NCBI GenBank assembly: GCA_037481815.1
Contig: JBBFKX010000002.1
Span: 288,001 to 352,000, forward strand
Source: a candidate division WOR-3 bacterium
GTDB lineage: Bacteria > Hydrothermota > 32-111
Length of the DNA stretch: 64,000 nt
Direction: 5' to 3'
The first letter of the stretch is position 1. Every line of letters starts with the position of its first letter. Positions 39,292 through 47,776 of the stretch are shown here, piece after piece. A model generated the notes under the pieces. The model saw nothing but the letters and a program-made list of their open reading frames with translations, ran no database searches and was not told the origin of the DNA. The translations under genes were made by a program, and so were the position numbers.

Positions 39292-42200
39292 TCACACTTC
39301 ACATTTTTCCCTTTTGATCTTTGTTTCAACTATTGAGTAAATAACAGGAACAAGTATCAGTGTGACGACGGTTGAAAAAGAGAGTCCGCCAATTACAACT
39401 ATCCCAAGAGATCTCCACATTTCAGCACCTTCCTTTGTGCTCAAGGCAAGTGGAAGTAGGCCAAAAATGGTTGTTAAAGTTGTCATGAGGACCGGTCTTA
39501 ATCTTCTCTTTCCTGCCAATGCAACAGCATCACACAAACTTACTCCATTCTCTCTGAGTTGATTCATATAACTTACAAGAACTATAGCATTGTTTACCAC
39601 TATTCCAACAAGCATAAGCATTCCGACAAATCCCATTATCGAAAGAGTAGTGTTCGTTAAGAACAAAGCAAGAATAACACCAGTGAAAGCAAATGGTATT
39701 GAGAAAAATATTATGAAAGGATCAAGAAACGATTCAAACTGAGCAGCCATTACAAGAAATACCAAAATTATTCCAATAACTATTGCTATCGAAAGATCTC
39801 TAAAAGATTCCTGCTGACTTTTTACATCTCCACTGTTTATAATAGTTATTTCTTGAGGAACAGAAATTTCCGAAATCATCTTTTGAACTTTCCTGTTACC
39901 ATCTGAAAGTGATATGTTGTTAAGGTTTGCCTGTACACTGATATATCTCATCCTGTTTTTTCTTTCAATTGTTGGTGGCTGTTTGGTCAATTTTATCGAT
40001 GCAACACTTGAGAGCGGGACATTAAAATTAGCAGGCGTTGTTATCGGTAATGACTTCAAATTGTTGATATTTCTTAGGTACTTTTTATCAAAGAATACGT
40101 TTATATCATATTCATAACCATCTTTTCTGAAAACTGAGGGAATATTTCCATTTATACCATTTCTTAAACTCAACATCAAATAATAGTTGTTCACTCCAAA
40201 ATTCGCAACACTTTCTTTCTTCGGGATAACAGAGATATCTTCTATCTCTTCTTCTCTTGATATCGAAACATCCACAAAACTACCATCATCCTCTATCTTC
40301 TTTTTCAATTCTTTTGCGATAGAAAAAGTTTTTGAAATATCTTCTCCGTATATTTCAACAGCTATTTGTTTTTGATTTGAAAACCCTCCAGCAAAATTTG
40401 AACTCATCTCAACATTTTTTACTTCAGGATAACTCTGAATAAATTTCCTTATTGAAGAAAGATTCTCTTTCACCTGATTTATCGAAAGGTTATCTTTGAA
40501 CGCTATAATTATCGTTGAAGAGTATTGGGTAGAACCACCAAACATTCTCCCACTTGTACCACCAGCATAGAAAACAAAATTTTCAACATCAGGAAAATTA
40601 TTTTTTATTTTTTTCCCTATTTCAGTCATAATACTATCTGTAACTTCTATTCTCAGACCAGGAGAAAGATTTACAGTTCCTCTTACTCTATTTCCACCAA
40701 AAGATGAAAAGAATTCTGTCTTTATTGAGGGAAGAAGGAACAAAACACCAACAAAAATAACCACAACAGTAATTATTATAAATTTTTTATTTCTCATCGA
40801 ATATGATAAAAAATCTGAATAGAACTGTTCAACATCGTTAAACCATTTTTCAGTTATGTTATGAAACCTTTCGAGAAATTTTTCTTTATATTTTAACAGT
40901 TTTGAGCTTAACATCGGTGTTAAAGTTATGGAAATAAAAAGTGATGCAAAAAGAACAACTGAGACCGTGTACGCTAACTGTTTAAATAGAAATGAGGTAA
41001 ATCCTTCTATAATAAGAAGTGGAATAAAGATTGCAATTGTTGTTAGAGTTGACGCAAATATAGCTCCAATTACCTCATTCGTTCCATCGAGTGCTGCGTT
41101 TTTAATCTCCTTCTTTTCCTCATCTTTATGTCTGTAAATATTTTCAAGAACAACTATCGAATTATCCACCACCATACCTAAAGCGATCGAGAGCGATGCC
41201 AGGGAGATAATGTTCAAAGTTGATTTTGCAAGGTAAAGATATATGATTCCAAATATAAGAGAAAATGGAAGTGATAATGATATTATCAAACTACCTGTTA
41301 TATTTCTTAAAAATATAAACACAATTATCACAACAAAGATAAAAGCATATAAAATTGTCGAAGAGAGATTGCTTATAGAATTTGTTATCTGTTTTGATGT
41401 ATCAAAAACAATGTTGATAGTTGTTCCTTCGGGATACATATTTTTAATATCTTTCAACCTTCGATTCAATTCTTCGACAATCTTTACAGTGTTCGCATTT
41501 GATTGCTTCTGAATAACAACAACCATTCCTTCTTTTCCGTTAATTTTTGCAACACCTTCGATTTCTCCCTGAGAAAAGTCAATATCCGCAACATTATATA
41601 AATAAACAGGATTTTTTCCAGAATAACCTACTATCGTTTTTGATATATCATTTACAGATGTATATTCTCCAGGTAACCTTAAAGAATAACTTCTTATGCC
41701 TTGTCTTACTTCCCCAAGAGGTATATTCAAATTGTTCGCAGAAATCATCGAATTGATCTGAGATAAAGATATGTTGTACTTTATCAGGTCTGGTATTCTA
41801 ACTTTCACATTTACTTTCTTTTTACTTGAAGATGTTATCGAAACAGCTCCAACACCTGGGATCTGTCTTATCTTATCAAGAACAACCTTTTCTGTGAAAT
41901 CGTACATTTTTGCAACTTCACCTTCATTTTCAAAAACTATTGTTACAGTAGCAACCGGAATCATTGATGTTGAGAATTTGAAAACTGTTGGTGTTTGAGC
42001 ATCTTCAGGTAAAGAACTCTTTATGAGTTCGATCTGGGTTCTTATATCGTTTGCAGCAGCATCAAGGTTTTTACCCCAGTTAAAGGAAACTGTAACAAAA
42101 GAAACCGATTCCATCGAATTTGAATTTATCTCTGTCACATCTGGAACCATCGAAATCGCTGACTCTATTTTTTTCGTTATCTGCTCCTCAACATCGATAC

Positions 42201-42360
42201 TCGAAGCCCCTGGATATACGGTTATTATGGAAATTTGAGGTAACTCAATGTTTGGAAGCATTTCAAGAGAAAGATTTTTAAATGAAAGAAAACCAAATAT
42301 CAATATAACAATAAAAACAACTATAATAAAAATTGGTCTTCTGATAGATAGTTTTACCAT
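39292..42360 (-). CDS. RND efflux permease (AcrB/AcrD/AcrF family)
   Basis: GMVVDNSIVVLENI, GIVVNNAIV, RLRPVLMTTLTT. Confidence 0.96.
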   Translation of the reverse strand: MVKLSIRRPIFIIVVFIVILIFGFLSFKNLSLEMLPNIELPQISIITVYPGASSIDVEEQITKKIESAISMVPDVTEINSNSMESVSFVTVSFNWGKNLDAAANDIRTQIELIKSSLPEDAQTPTVFKFSTSMIPVATVTIVFENEGEVAKMYDFTEKVVLDKIRQIPGVGAVSITSSSKKKVNVKVRIPDLIKYNISLSQINSMISANNLNIPLGEVRQGIRSYSLRLPGEYTSVNDISKTIVGYSGKNPVYLYNVADIDFSQGEIEGVAKINGKEGMVVVIQKQSNANTVKIVEELNRRLKDIKNMYPEGTTINIVFDTSKQITNSISNLSSTILYAFIFVVIIVFIFLRNITGSLIISLSLPFSLIFGIIYLYLAKSTLNIISLASLSIALGMVVDNSIVVLENIYRHKDEEKKEIKNAALDGTNEVIGAIFASTLTTIAIFIPLLIIEGFTSFLFKQLAYTVSVVLFASLFISITLTPMLSSKLLKYKEKFLERFHNITEKWFNDVEQFYSDFLSYSMRNKKFIIITVVVIFVGVLFLLPSIKTEFFSSFGGNRVRGTVNLSPGLRIEVTDSIMTEIGKKIKNNFPDVENFVFYAGGTSGRMFGGSTQYSSTIIIAFKDNLSINQVKENLSSIRKFIQSYPEVKNVEMSSNFAGGFSNQKQIAVEIYGEDISKTFSIAKELKKKIEDDGSFVDVSISREEEIEDISVIPKKESVANFGVNNYYLMLSLRNGINGNIPSVFRKDGYEYDINVFFDKKYLRNINNLKSLPITTPANFNVPLSSVASIKLTKQPPTIERKNRMRYISVQANLNNISLSDGNRKVQKMISEISVPQEITIINSGDVKSQQESFRDLSIAIVIGIILVFLVMAAQFESFLDPFIIFFSIPFAFTGVILALFLTNTTLSIMGFVGMLMLVGIVVNNAIVLVSYMNQLRENGVSLCDAVALAGKRRLRPVLMTTLTTIFGLLPLALSTKEGAEMWRSLGIVVIGGLSFSTVVTLILVPVIYSIVETKIKREKCEV

Positions 42361-42363
42361 AGT

Positions 42364-43224
42364 TCACCTAACCTTCACTTTCTGTCCATCTTTTAACATA
42401 TCTGAACCGATAGTCACAACAGTGTCTCCAATATTTAAACCTGATATTATCTCTACCTGTGATTCATTTTTGAGACCAGTTTTAACATCTACTTTGTTTG
42501 CGATGCCATTTTTCAAAACAAAAACATATTCACCAATTTGATCATTTTTAACAGATTCAAATGGGACAGTTAAAACATCTTCTTTCTTTTCTAAAAGTAT
42601 TTTTACTGTACAACCTTTATTTATTAAATTCCCATCACCTGTAAACAGTACATCAATACTACCAAGATTTGTATAATTGTTTGGATATTTTGAAACTCTG
42701 ATAACCTTTCCGTTAAACTTTTTTTCGTCAACTTCAACCTGTGCAAAAGTTCCATTTTTAATTTTTTCAAGCAATTCAGAGGAAACTGAAATTTTTGCAA
42801 TTTTGTTTACATCATCAACTATCATACATACAGGTGTTTGGTTTGTTACAAAATCTCCTTTGTTTATTGATAATTCATAAACTCTTCCATCTATAGGAGA
42901 GATTACCTTCGCTTTTTCAAAAGAAACCCCGGGAATCGATCTGTCTATTTCAGCTATAATCTGATCTTTCCTTACATATTCACCCTCTGATACCTTGTAT
43001 TCCAGAAATCTACCGGGAACATCAGGAAACACTTCTGTTTGTTTATAACCTTCTATTTTTCCATAAAAATCCTGATATATTTTTATTTCCTGTTTCTCTA
43101 CCAAAGTATAGGAAACTGTTCTTATAAATTCCTCACTTTTCATCGGCTTATTTCTTGTTTTTGAAAAGATAACGAAAACGATCAAAACAACAACGATCGA
43201 TAAGATAACAAAAAATTTTTTCAT
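42364..43224 (-). CDS. RND periplasmic adaptor (membrane fusion protein)
   Basis: TM anchor; lipoyl halves VSEGEYVRKDQ and VISPIDGRV; VEIISGLNIGDTVV. Confidence 0.92.
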   Translation of the reverse strand: MKKFFVILSIVVVLIVFVIFSKTRNKPMKSEEFIRTVSYTLVEKQEIKIYQDFYGKIEGYKQTEVFPDVPGRFLEYKVSEGEYVRKDQIIAEIDRSIPGVSFEKAKVISPIDGRVYELSINKGDFVTNQTPVCMIVDDVNKIAKISVSSELLEKIKNGTFAQVEVDEKKFNGKVIRVSKYPNNYTNLGSIDVLFTGDGNLINKGCTVKILLEKKEDVLTVPFESVKNDQIGEYVFVLKNGIANKVDVKTGLKNESQVEIISGLNIGDTVVTIGSDMLKDGQKVKVR

Positions 43225-43235
43225 TTAATTCCTCC

Positions 43236-44558
43236 TTAAAGAACTCCGAGATAATTTAAAATTGACAGTTTATTTATGATGATATCATAAATAGATTTTA
43301 GATATCCCACCTGTGCGTTTATATATTTCGTTTCAGCATCTATATAATCAACATTACTTATAATACCTCTATTGTATTGTTCTGTTGCGGTTAAGTATGC
43401 TTCCTTTGAAAGATCCACAGTTTTTTCAAAAATCTTTAGATTCTCTTGTGAATTTTCGTAGTTTTTTATCAAAAGTTCGAGATCAACAGGTATCCTTTCT
43501 TTTAGAAGGAGATAACTCATGTTCACTTGTTTTTCCTGCTTCTTTGATTTCAAAATGTTCAAAACTCTGCTTCCACCAGAAAAAAGATCAAGATTCACTG
43601 AAACTCCAAGATTGTATGATCCATCAAAATATGAAGAATCTGAAATATAAGAATAGTAATTCTTATAGTTGTATGAAGTGAAAAAAGCAACATTAGGAAT
43701 AAAGGATGAAGAGTTTAACAATGTTGCTTTTTTCGATATATTTTTTGAAATTTCAAGATTTCTCAACTCACTTTTATTTTTGAAGCATATATCTAACAAT
43801 TTTTCCTTGGTTAATGAATCCAGTCCAAGAGTATCAAATTTATCAACAGTAATAAAAGAAAGAGAATCGGTTAAAATTATACTATCTTTAATATCCATTC
43901 CGAGCAAAAACTTTAAACTGTTTAAAAGATTGTCTCTCTGTTTTATAAGATTTTTTAATTCTATTTTACTGTTTTCAAAATCAACTTCTGAAGAAAGTTT
44001 TTCAAGTTTACTCGATGTACCAAGATTGTATTTTGATAGAGTCACTTTATAATGATTTTCTTTTGCATCAATAATCTTTTTATTAACATCTATCATTTGA
44101 TCAAAAAGTTTTATTGAAAGATATAATTGAATGACAGAAAACTTTATATCCCTTTTTGCTTTTTCAAGTTCAATTTTAGACATTTGGAGTCTATCCTTTG
44201 AAACCATATAGCCAAGAATAAGTTTTCCTCCAAGAAAAACTGGTTGTGAGAGTTTTACATCCAGAGAATAGTTGTTCTGTTCACCAACTTTTATTCTCAT
44301 AGGTCCAAGAGCAGTGTTAACATATGTTGTTGGAACCGTATCCAATCTGACAAAGGTTCCAGTTGATGTTACTTTTGGAAAGAAGTTTGTAATTGAAAGT
44401 AGCAAATCTTCGTTCGCTATATTAACATTTTCCTCTGAAATTTTTATCTGTAAATTGTTAACGTAAGCTTTGTTAATAGCTTCATCAAGAGTCAAACCTG
44501 ATACAAGTAAAAAGGAATAATAAAAAACCAAAAGCATCAAAAAAAACTTTTTTTGCAT
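43236..44558 (-). CDS. TolC-family outer membrane efflux protein
   Basis: LTLDEAINKA, LSQPVFLGG, YNLGTSSKLE; operon context. Confidence 0.92.
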   Translation of the reverse strand: MQKKFFLMLLVFYYSFLLVSGLTLDEAINKAYVNNLQIKISEENVNIANEDLLLSITNFFPKVTSTGTFVRLDTVPTTYVNTALGPMRIKVGEQNNYSLDVKLSQPVFLGGKLILGYMVSKDRLQMSKIELEKAKRDIKFSVIQLYLSIKLFDQMIDVNKKIIDAKENHYKVTLSKYNLGTSSKLEKLSSEVDFENSKIELKNLIKQRDNLLNSLKFLLGMDIKDSIILTDSLSFITVDKFDTLGLDSLTKEKLLDICFKNKSELRNLEISKNISKKATLLNSSSFIPNVAFFTSYNYKNYYSYISDSSYFDGSYNLGVSVNLDLFSGGSRVLNILKSKKQEKQVNMSYLLLKERIPVDLELLIKNYENSQENLKIFEKTVDLSKEAYLTATEQYNRGIISNVDYIDAETKYINAQVGYLKSIYDIIINKLSILNYLGVL

Positions 44559-44560
44559 TT

Positions 44561-45139
44561 TCACTCCTTAATTAATATTTTTAGTACATTTTCTTTAATA
44601 TATTTTATTCTCTTCTGGTCAAGTTGTGTCTCAAGAAAGATGATTCTCGAAATCTCCATATGTATCAAACCAACTATCATCATAGTTAAAATTTCACTAT
44701 TTAAATCTTTAAAAATATTTTTTTGAATCCCATCATCTATTATATCCTTCAATATCTGAAACCTTTTTACAACTATTTTTCGATCGATTCCTCTTGAAAA
44801 ATCAAACAACTCTTTATTTGAATTCAGATTGTTCATAGTAAAAAATTTCACCTTATTTACATTTTCTACCATTATCTCCAAAAATGATTCTATATATTTT
44901 TCAACTTTCAAGGATGGTGAATCCACTTTTTCAACAGATTTTTTAATCTCTTCATTACAATTGTTTATAGCATAGTTTATAGTTGAAATAAAAAGTTCTT
45001 TTTTGTTTTTGAAATATAGATATATTGTTCCTTTTCCAACATTCGCTTTTTTTGCAATACTATCGACATCCGTCTCAAAATATCCTCTTTTCCCAAAAAG
45101 TTCTAAAGATGCTTCTAAAATTTTACTTTTTTTATCCAT
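44561..45139 (-). CDS. TetR/AcrR family regulator
   Basis: ELFGKRGYFETDVDSIAKKANVGKGTIYLYFKNKKELF. Confidence 0.95.
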   Translation of the reverse strand: MDKKSKILEASLELFGKRGYFETDVDSIAKKANVGKGTIYLYFKNKKELFISTINYAINNCNEEIKKSVEKVDSPSLKVEKYIESFLEIMVENVNKVKFFTMNNLNSNKELFDFSRGIDRKIVVKRFQILKDIIDDGIQKNIFKDLNSEILTMMIVGLIHMEISRIIFLETQLDQKRIKYIKENVLKILIKE

Positions 45140-45145
45140 CTTGAT

Positions 45146-45174
45146 AATATAATTAAAACTGACCGGTCAGTCAA
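45146..45174 (-). promoter_or_regulatory. Probable leaderless tetR promoter with embedded operator palindrome ACTGACCGGTCAGT (45158-45171)
   Basis: TTGACT-N17-TATATT, 6 nt to ATG; perfect 14-bp palindrome overlapping the -35 box and spacer. Confidence 0.8.
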
Positions 45175-45247
45175 GATGTTTTTTCAAAATTTCTATTGAA
45201 ATTTTATATTATTTTATTATACTAAAAAATGGTAAAAAAGGAGAAAT

Positions 45248-46156
45248 ATGATTGTTGAATGTCCAAAGTGTCATAAAAAATATGAAATCGATGAAATGTA
45301 TATTCCTATTGGCGGTGCTCCAATAAGATGTCCCAACTGTAAAAATATTTTTGGAATATATGTTGAACCTATAGATATTCCTATGACAGAGGTTTCAGAC
45401 GAAAATATACCTTCTTCAACTTTTGAAACACCAGTTGAAGAATCAAAAAAACCATCTTTTGAAGAGAACTCGATTTCAACACAATTTGAAGAAAAAAAAG
45501 TTGAAGAGAGCGAAATTCCCACTTTTCCAGACATGGATCAATTTGGAAAATTTTCAAGTGAAGCAGAAGAAATTCCATTTTCTTCTAAAAAAACCAGTTT
45601 TGAACCAAAGGTTGAAGAGGTGAAAAAAGAGGAACCTTTTGTGAATCCTTTCGCTCAACCACAACCTCAAAAACCAGTTCAACAACCACCATTCCAGCAG
45701 CCTGATTTCGGTGTTCCTCCAGCTTTCACTCAACCAAAGGTTGAAGAGGTGAAAAAAGAGGAGCCGTTTGTGAATCCTTTCGCACAACCACAAAGACCTT
45801 TACAACAGCCAACCCAGACAGTTCAAGCAGGTAAAGCAGGTTCTCCAATGTTTGATGTATTACTTGCTGGATTCAATCTTCCACCAGATTTTAAATCACT
45901 TCCTGAAAATGTTCAAAAACTTCATAAAGATGCGATCAAACTCGCAAGACAACTTGCCAAAGATATTCTTCTTTATCATAAGGATGAGGTTGAAAGAGGA
46001 TTGACATCTGGAAACATAAAAGAAGTTTTGAAAGAGGAAATCGAAAAATCTTACAAATTCTACTCTCAAAGGATACCCGCAGAAATAGTTAATTCAACAA
46101 ACTATTTCAATGAAGCTTTAAATAAGATAATCTGTAAAGGACAGAACATTTTTTAA
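45248..46156 (+). CDS. MJ0042-type zinc-ribbon protein with Pro/Gln/Glu-rich linker and RomX-like C-terminal domain
   Basis: CPKC-x19-CPNC; disordered linker; AIKLARQLAKDILLYH...LKEEIEKSYKFYSQRI...NYFNEALNKII. Confidence 0.75.
   Translation: MIVECPKCHKKYEIDEMYIPIGGAPIRCPNCKNIFGIYVEPIDIPMTEVSDENIPSSTFETPVEESKKPSFEENSISTQFEEKKVEESEIPTFPDMDQFGKFSSEAEEIPFSSKKTSFEPKVEEVKKEEPFVNPFAQPQPQKPVQQPPFQQPDFGVPPAFTQPKVEEVKKEEPFVNPFAQPQRPLQQPTQTVQAGKAGSPMFDVLLAGFNLPPDFKSLPENVQKLHKDAIKLARQLAKDILLYHKDEVERGLTSGNIKEVLKEEIEKSYKFYSQRIPAEIVNSTNYFNEALNKIICKGQNIF
45603..45793 (+). repeat. 62-bp direct repeat, two copies (45603-45664 and 45732-45793)
   Basis: Both copies encode PKVEEVKKEEPFVNPFAQPQ; three mismatches, all synonymous. 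Confidence 0.95.
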
Positions 46157-47688
46157 TATTTAAATGCTGAACCACCAACAAATTCTCTTAGAACAGAGGT
46201 TGGTGGTATTTTTTCAACCGAAATCTCTTTGAAAAAAGAAAGAATGAAAAGTAATCTTTTCGCATCAAGATAAAATTCGCTATTTTCATCAATTTCTTGT
46301 AATAAAGGTCTGGCAAAATTTTTTAAAACTGAAAGTTCATATAAAAGTGAAGAGTTGAAAAAGAAATCTGCACTTTCCTGAAAAGGGAAGATATTCTTTT
46401 CCTCTCCATCCCTAACATGTTTCCACATTCTAAGAGTATTTTCAGCAGTATGGTTTCTAAAAAGATAATCTCTAACGATTCTCCTGATCAATCTATTATC
46501 TGTAGTTGAAATTCTATGTGTGTTGTCTATATTTATCTGGGTTAACGCTGAAACATATATTTTCAGTTTTAACTCTTTTGGAATCGATTCTGTTAGTTTT
46601 TCATTCAATCCATGTATTCCTTCAATCACAAGAATCGAGTCCTTCCCCATTTTCAATTTTGTTCCATCTTTTAATCTTTTCCCGGTTTGAAAATCAAATT
46701 TAGGATTTATAATCTCTTCTCCCTTTATTAAGGAATTCAGATTTCTATTAAAAAGTTCAATATCCAAAGCATCTATTGATTCAAAATCTTTTTTACCATC
46801 TCTGTTGACTTTTATTTTATCGTTATCAAGGAAATAATCATCAAGAGATATTCCAACAACTGAAAGTCCAAGAACCTTTAACTGTATTGATAATCTTTTT
46901 AAAAAGGTTGTTTTACCCGATGAGGAAGGTCCCGCTATAAGTATAATCTTTAGTTTTCCTCTCCTGGAATCAACATGGTTTGCTATTTCAACTATCTTTT
47001 TTTCATGTAACGCTTCACATACATACACAAGTTCAAATATTTCATCATTCTCTATCGATTCCCTGATATTTTTTACTGACCTCCATCCAAGTACTTTTGC
47101 CCAATTTTCCGACTCATTAAAAATCGCAAAAAGTTTTTTTTGATCTTTTTTTACATTTTCCTCAGAAAGATATGCAATAAAACCGGGGGGATAATATTTT
47201 ATAAAAGATCCTTTTAACAGAGATGATGAATCTACAACCGGTGTGAAGAAAAATTCTTTTACATTGTTGTACTCACACAAAAACCCACCTGACATTTCTG
47301 AACTGGTTAAAACATCAAACTTATCCTTATCATCCTTGAAAATTTCAAGAAGTTCATCTTTTGTTTTATATTTTGAAGAAAGTTTTTCATTGTTCTCTAT
47401 CCTTTTTTCAAGAATATCGTTAATTCTGTTGATATCGTTCTCACAGAGTAAGGTTTCAGAAAAAACTTCACAATAGAGTCCTCCATTTATTGTATGTTCC
47501 ACATTCAAAATAGCGTTCTTAAAATTCGAGGTTATGATATCTTTTAAAAGTAAAATCAAACTGTTCTGAAGAACAAGTTTTCCATAAAAAGAATCAGAAT
47601 AAACAGGATTTTTTTCTTCATACGAAAAATTATCTTCAAGTGGTATCAATCTGTTTTTTCTTTCAAAACAAACTATCTTTCTTTCCAT
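46153..47688 (-). CDS. Nucleoside (uridine) kinase family protein with ThrRS-like N-terminal region
   Basis: IAGPSSSGKTT, SLDDYF, IEGIHGLN, RRIVRD, GEEKNIFPFQE. Confidence 0.9.
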   Translation of the reverse strand: MERKIVCFERKNRLIPLEDNFSYEEKNPVYSDSFYGKLVLQNSLILLLKDIITSNFKNAILNVEHTINGGLYCEVFSETLLCENDINRINDILEKRIENNEKLSSKYKTKDELLEIFKDDKDKFDVLTSSEMSGGFLCEYNNVKEFFFTPVVDSSSLLKGSFIKYYPPGFIAYLSEENVKKDQKKLFAIFNESENWAKVLGWRSVKNIRESIENDEIFELVYVCEALHEKKIVEIANHVDSRRGKLKIILIAGPSSSGKTTFLKRLSIQLKVLGLSVVGISLDDYFLDNDKIKVNRDGKKDFESIDALDIELFNRNLNSLIKGEEIINPKFDFQTGKRLKDGTKLKMGKDSILVIEGIHGLNEKLTESIPKELKLKIYVSALTQINIDNTHRISTTDNRLIRRIVRDYLFRNHTAENTLRMWKHVRDGEEKNIFPFQESADFFFNSSLLYELSVLKNFARPLLQEIDENSEFYLDAKRLLFILSFFKEISVEKIPPTSVLREFVGGSAFKY

Positions 47689-47697
47689 AAATTTTTC

Positions 47698-47769
47698 AGC
47701 TGGTGGGCGGATTTGAACCGCCGACCCGCGCTTTACGAAAGCGCTGCTCTACCACTGAGCCACACCAGC
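47698..47769 (-). tRNA. tRNA-Thr (anticodon CGT); CCA not encoded
   Basis: GCTGGTG acceptor stem; D arm GCTCAGTGGTAGAGC; anticodon arm GCGCT-TTCGTAA-AGCGC; T arm GGCGG-TTCAAAT-CCGCC. Confidence 0.97.
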
Positions 47770-47776
47770 AAAATTT

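Noticed and set aside
47698..47769. tRNA as an island integration site
   Set aside because: No integrase and no duplicated tRNA 3' end noticed in the window
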